Source of the DNA: an uncultured delta proteobacterium
Lineage (GTDB): Bacteria > Desulfobacterota > Binatia > UBA9968
Assembly: GCA_963755715.1 (NCBI GenBank)
Contig: CAVWLW010000050.1
Location: 32,001-96,000, forward strand
DNA: 64,000 nucleotides
Reading direction: 5' to 3'
In this document: piece by piece, positions 62,530 to 64,000 of the stretch
Layout: each line of letters opens with the position of its first letter
Position numbering within the stretch: position 1 is the stretch's first letter
Program-made: the position numbers and the translations under genes
Notes under the pieces: model-generated
Told to the model about the DNA's origin: nothing
Database searches by the model: none
The model's input: the letters and a program-made list of their open reading frames with translations, nothing else

Positions 62530-64000
62530 TCAGTCCTTCACGATTTGCCAATCGTTCACGGCGTCCCGATCAAGCCGTTGGATTGGATGTTAAAGCCGTT
62601 CATCAACCATATCGCAACCGCCCCGGAAATCTGTCGCCACAGGATATCGCTCTTGCCGTCACCGTTGAAGTCACCGGTGCCGGCGATTTGCCAATCGTTT
62701 CCCGGCGTCCCGACCAAGCCGTTGGCTTGGATGTTAAAGCCGTTCATCAACCATATCGCAACCGCCCCGGAAATCTGTCGCCACAGGATATCGCTCTTGC
62801 CGTCACCGTTGAAGTCACCGGTGCCGGCGATTTGCCATTCGTTTCCCGGCGTCCCGACCAAGCCGTTGGCTTGGATGTTAAAGCCGTTCATCAACCATAT
62901 CGCAACCGCCCCGGAAATGTGTCGCCACAGGATATCGCTCTTGCCGTCACCGTTGAAGTCACCGGTGCCGGCGATTTGCCATTCGTTTCCCGGCGTCCCG
63001 ACCAAGCCGTTGGCTTGGATGTTAAAGCCGTTCATCAACCATATCGCAACCGCCCCGGAAATCTGTCGCCACAGGATATCGCTCTTGCCGTCACCGTTGA
63101 AGTCACCGGTGCCGGCGATTTGCCAACCGTTTCCCGGCGTCCCGACCAAGGCGTTGGATTGGATGTTAAAGCCGTTCATCAACCATATCGCAACCGCCCC
63201 GGAAATGTGTCGCCACAGGATATCGCTCTTGCCGTCACCGTTGAAGTCACCGGTGCCGGCGATTTGCCAACCGTTTCCCGGCGTCCCGACCAAGGCGTTG
63301 GATTGGATGTTAAAGCCGTTCATCAACCATATCGCAACCGCCCCGGAAATGTGTCGCCACAGGATATCGCTCTTGCCGTCACCGTTGAAGTCACCGGTGC
63401 CGGCGATTTGCCAATCGCTCTCCGCTGTCCCCAAGTCAAGCGCCGCGCCGGTGGCCCAGTTACCTGAGGTTGCGCCGGTGATAAGCTGATTGAAGCCCCA
63501 GGCGGCCGCCGTGCTTGACGGGTCGATTTGGGTCGCCGAATAATCTCCCCAGCGACATGAAGCACTGGTCTTTTCGTTGGATACTGTGTTGCACGGGACA
63601 AAGCGAACGCCATCAAACTCCACGGTGAACTGAGTTGCCGACGTTGCGACAACGTCAAAAGTATACCCCGCGCTCGATGAGTTCGGACCGCGGAACATGA
63701 GCATGGCTGCATTGCCGGTCGGAGCTCCCTGCGATGGCCACGTGCGCGTCGCTGTGACGAACGCATCTGCGGCGTTGGTCGCAACCGACGGATTGAACAC
63801 GTTATCGTCAGACGCAGTAAACAGATCTATTGTGAACAGCGGAGCCGTGCCCGTCGTCGAGAACTGGTAGAGCCGAGCCACAGCACGGCCATTGTTCACG
63901 GCGTGGACGTTCCATAGGGACGTTCCGTTCTGAATGCTGGCGGATTGGAAGCGACCATCCAGAGTGTCGAGCCTCTGACCGTTGGGTTGTGCAGCATCCG
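62530..64000 (-). CDS. Probably secreted protein with C-terminal FG-GAP/VCBS repeats (5' end outside window)
   Basis: RWGDYSA..IDP domain, then 6x WQIAGTGDFNGDGKSDILWR; a probable 1-nt indel near 62558 gives the end ..NDWQIVKD*. Confidence 0.85.
62545..63415 (-). repeat. Six near-identical 144-bp coding tandem repeats
   Basis: ttggatgttaaagccg recurs at 62583, 62727 and onward (period 144 bp = 48 aa). Confidence 0.95.

Noticed and set aside
62527-63489. CRISPR array, or real + strand repeat proteins (320 aa, 294 aa)
   Set aside because: These are contiguous 144-bp coding repeats without unique spacers; the + frames are open only because the repeat unit lacks stops.

Overview
This is a 64-kb bacterial window, mostly GC-rich. 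The gene style (many orphan SsuA/THI5-like substrate-binding proteins, TctC, MmgE/PrpD, a stand-alone E1 pair, an XDH-family subunit, REP-like repeats) resembles soil deltaproteobacteria-like lineages such as Ca. Binatia; that assignment is inference. Many genes carry single-base frameshifts, most simply read as long-read consensus indels. Layout: (1) 1.4-4.5 kb holds a compact four-gene operon: GlcG/HbpS protein, cytoplasmic reductive-dehalogenase-like corrinoid/2x[4Fe-4S] enzyme, a short Fe-S-less paralog of it, and a ferredoxin-GlcG fusion. This is the best candidate for an undescribed system. (2) 4.6-15 kb holds transport and catabolic genes. (3) 15.6-39 kb holds an RpoD-like sigma factor and an adenylate cyclase-AAA-TPR gene abutting a two-gene, TE-less NRPS with non-canonical A domains, followed by a low-GC alpha/beta hydrolase. 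(4) 39.5-49.3 kb holds a sigma54-driven small secreted protein, an XDH-OsmC pair, a Dabb-isochorismatase fusion, a ComDE-like pair and a Phd/zeta TA pair. (5) 49.5-62.5 kb is a mosaic of unrelated cargo genes (including TIR-TM-discoidin) separated by co-oriented RAYT transposase fragments and TTG(G)AAC/REP-like repeats. (6) An FG-GAP repeat protein runs off the window end. No rRNA, tRNA or CRISPR array was seen.
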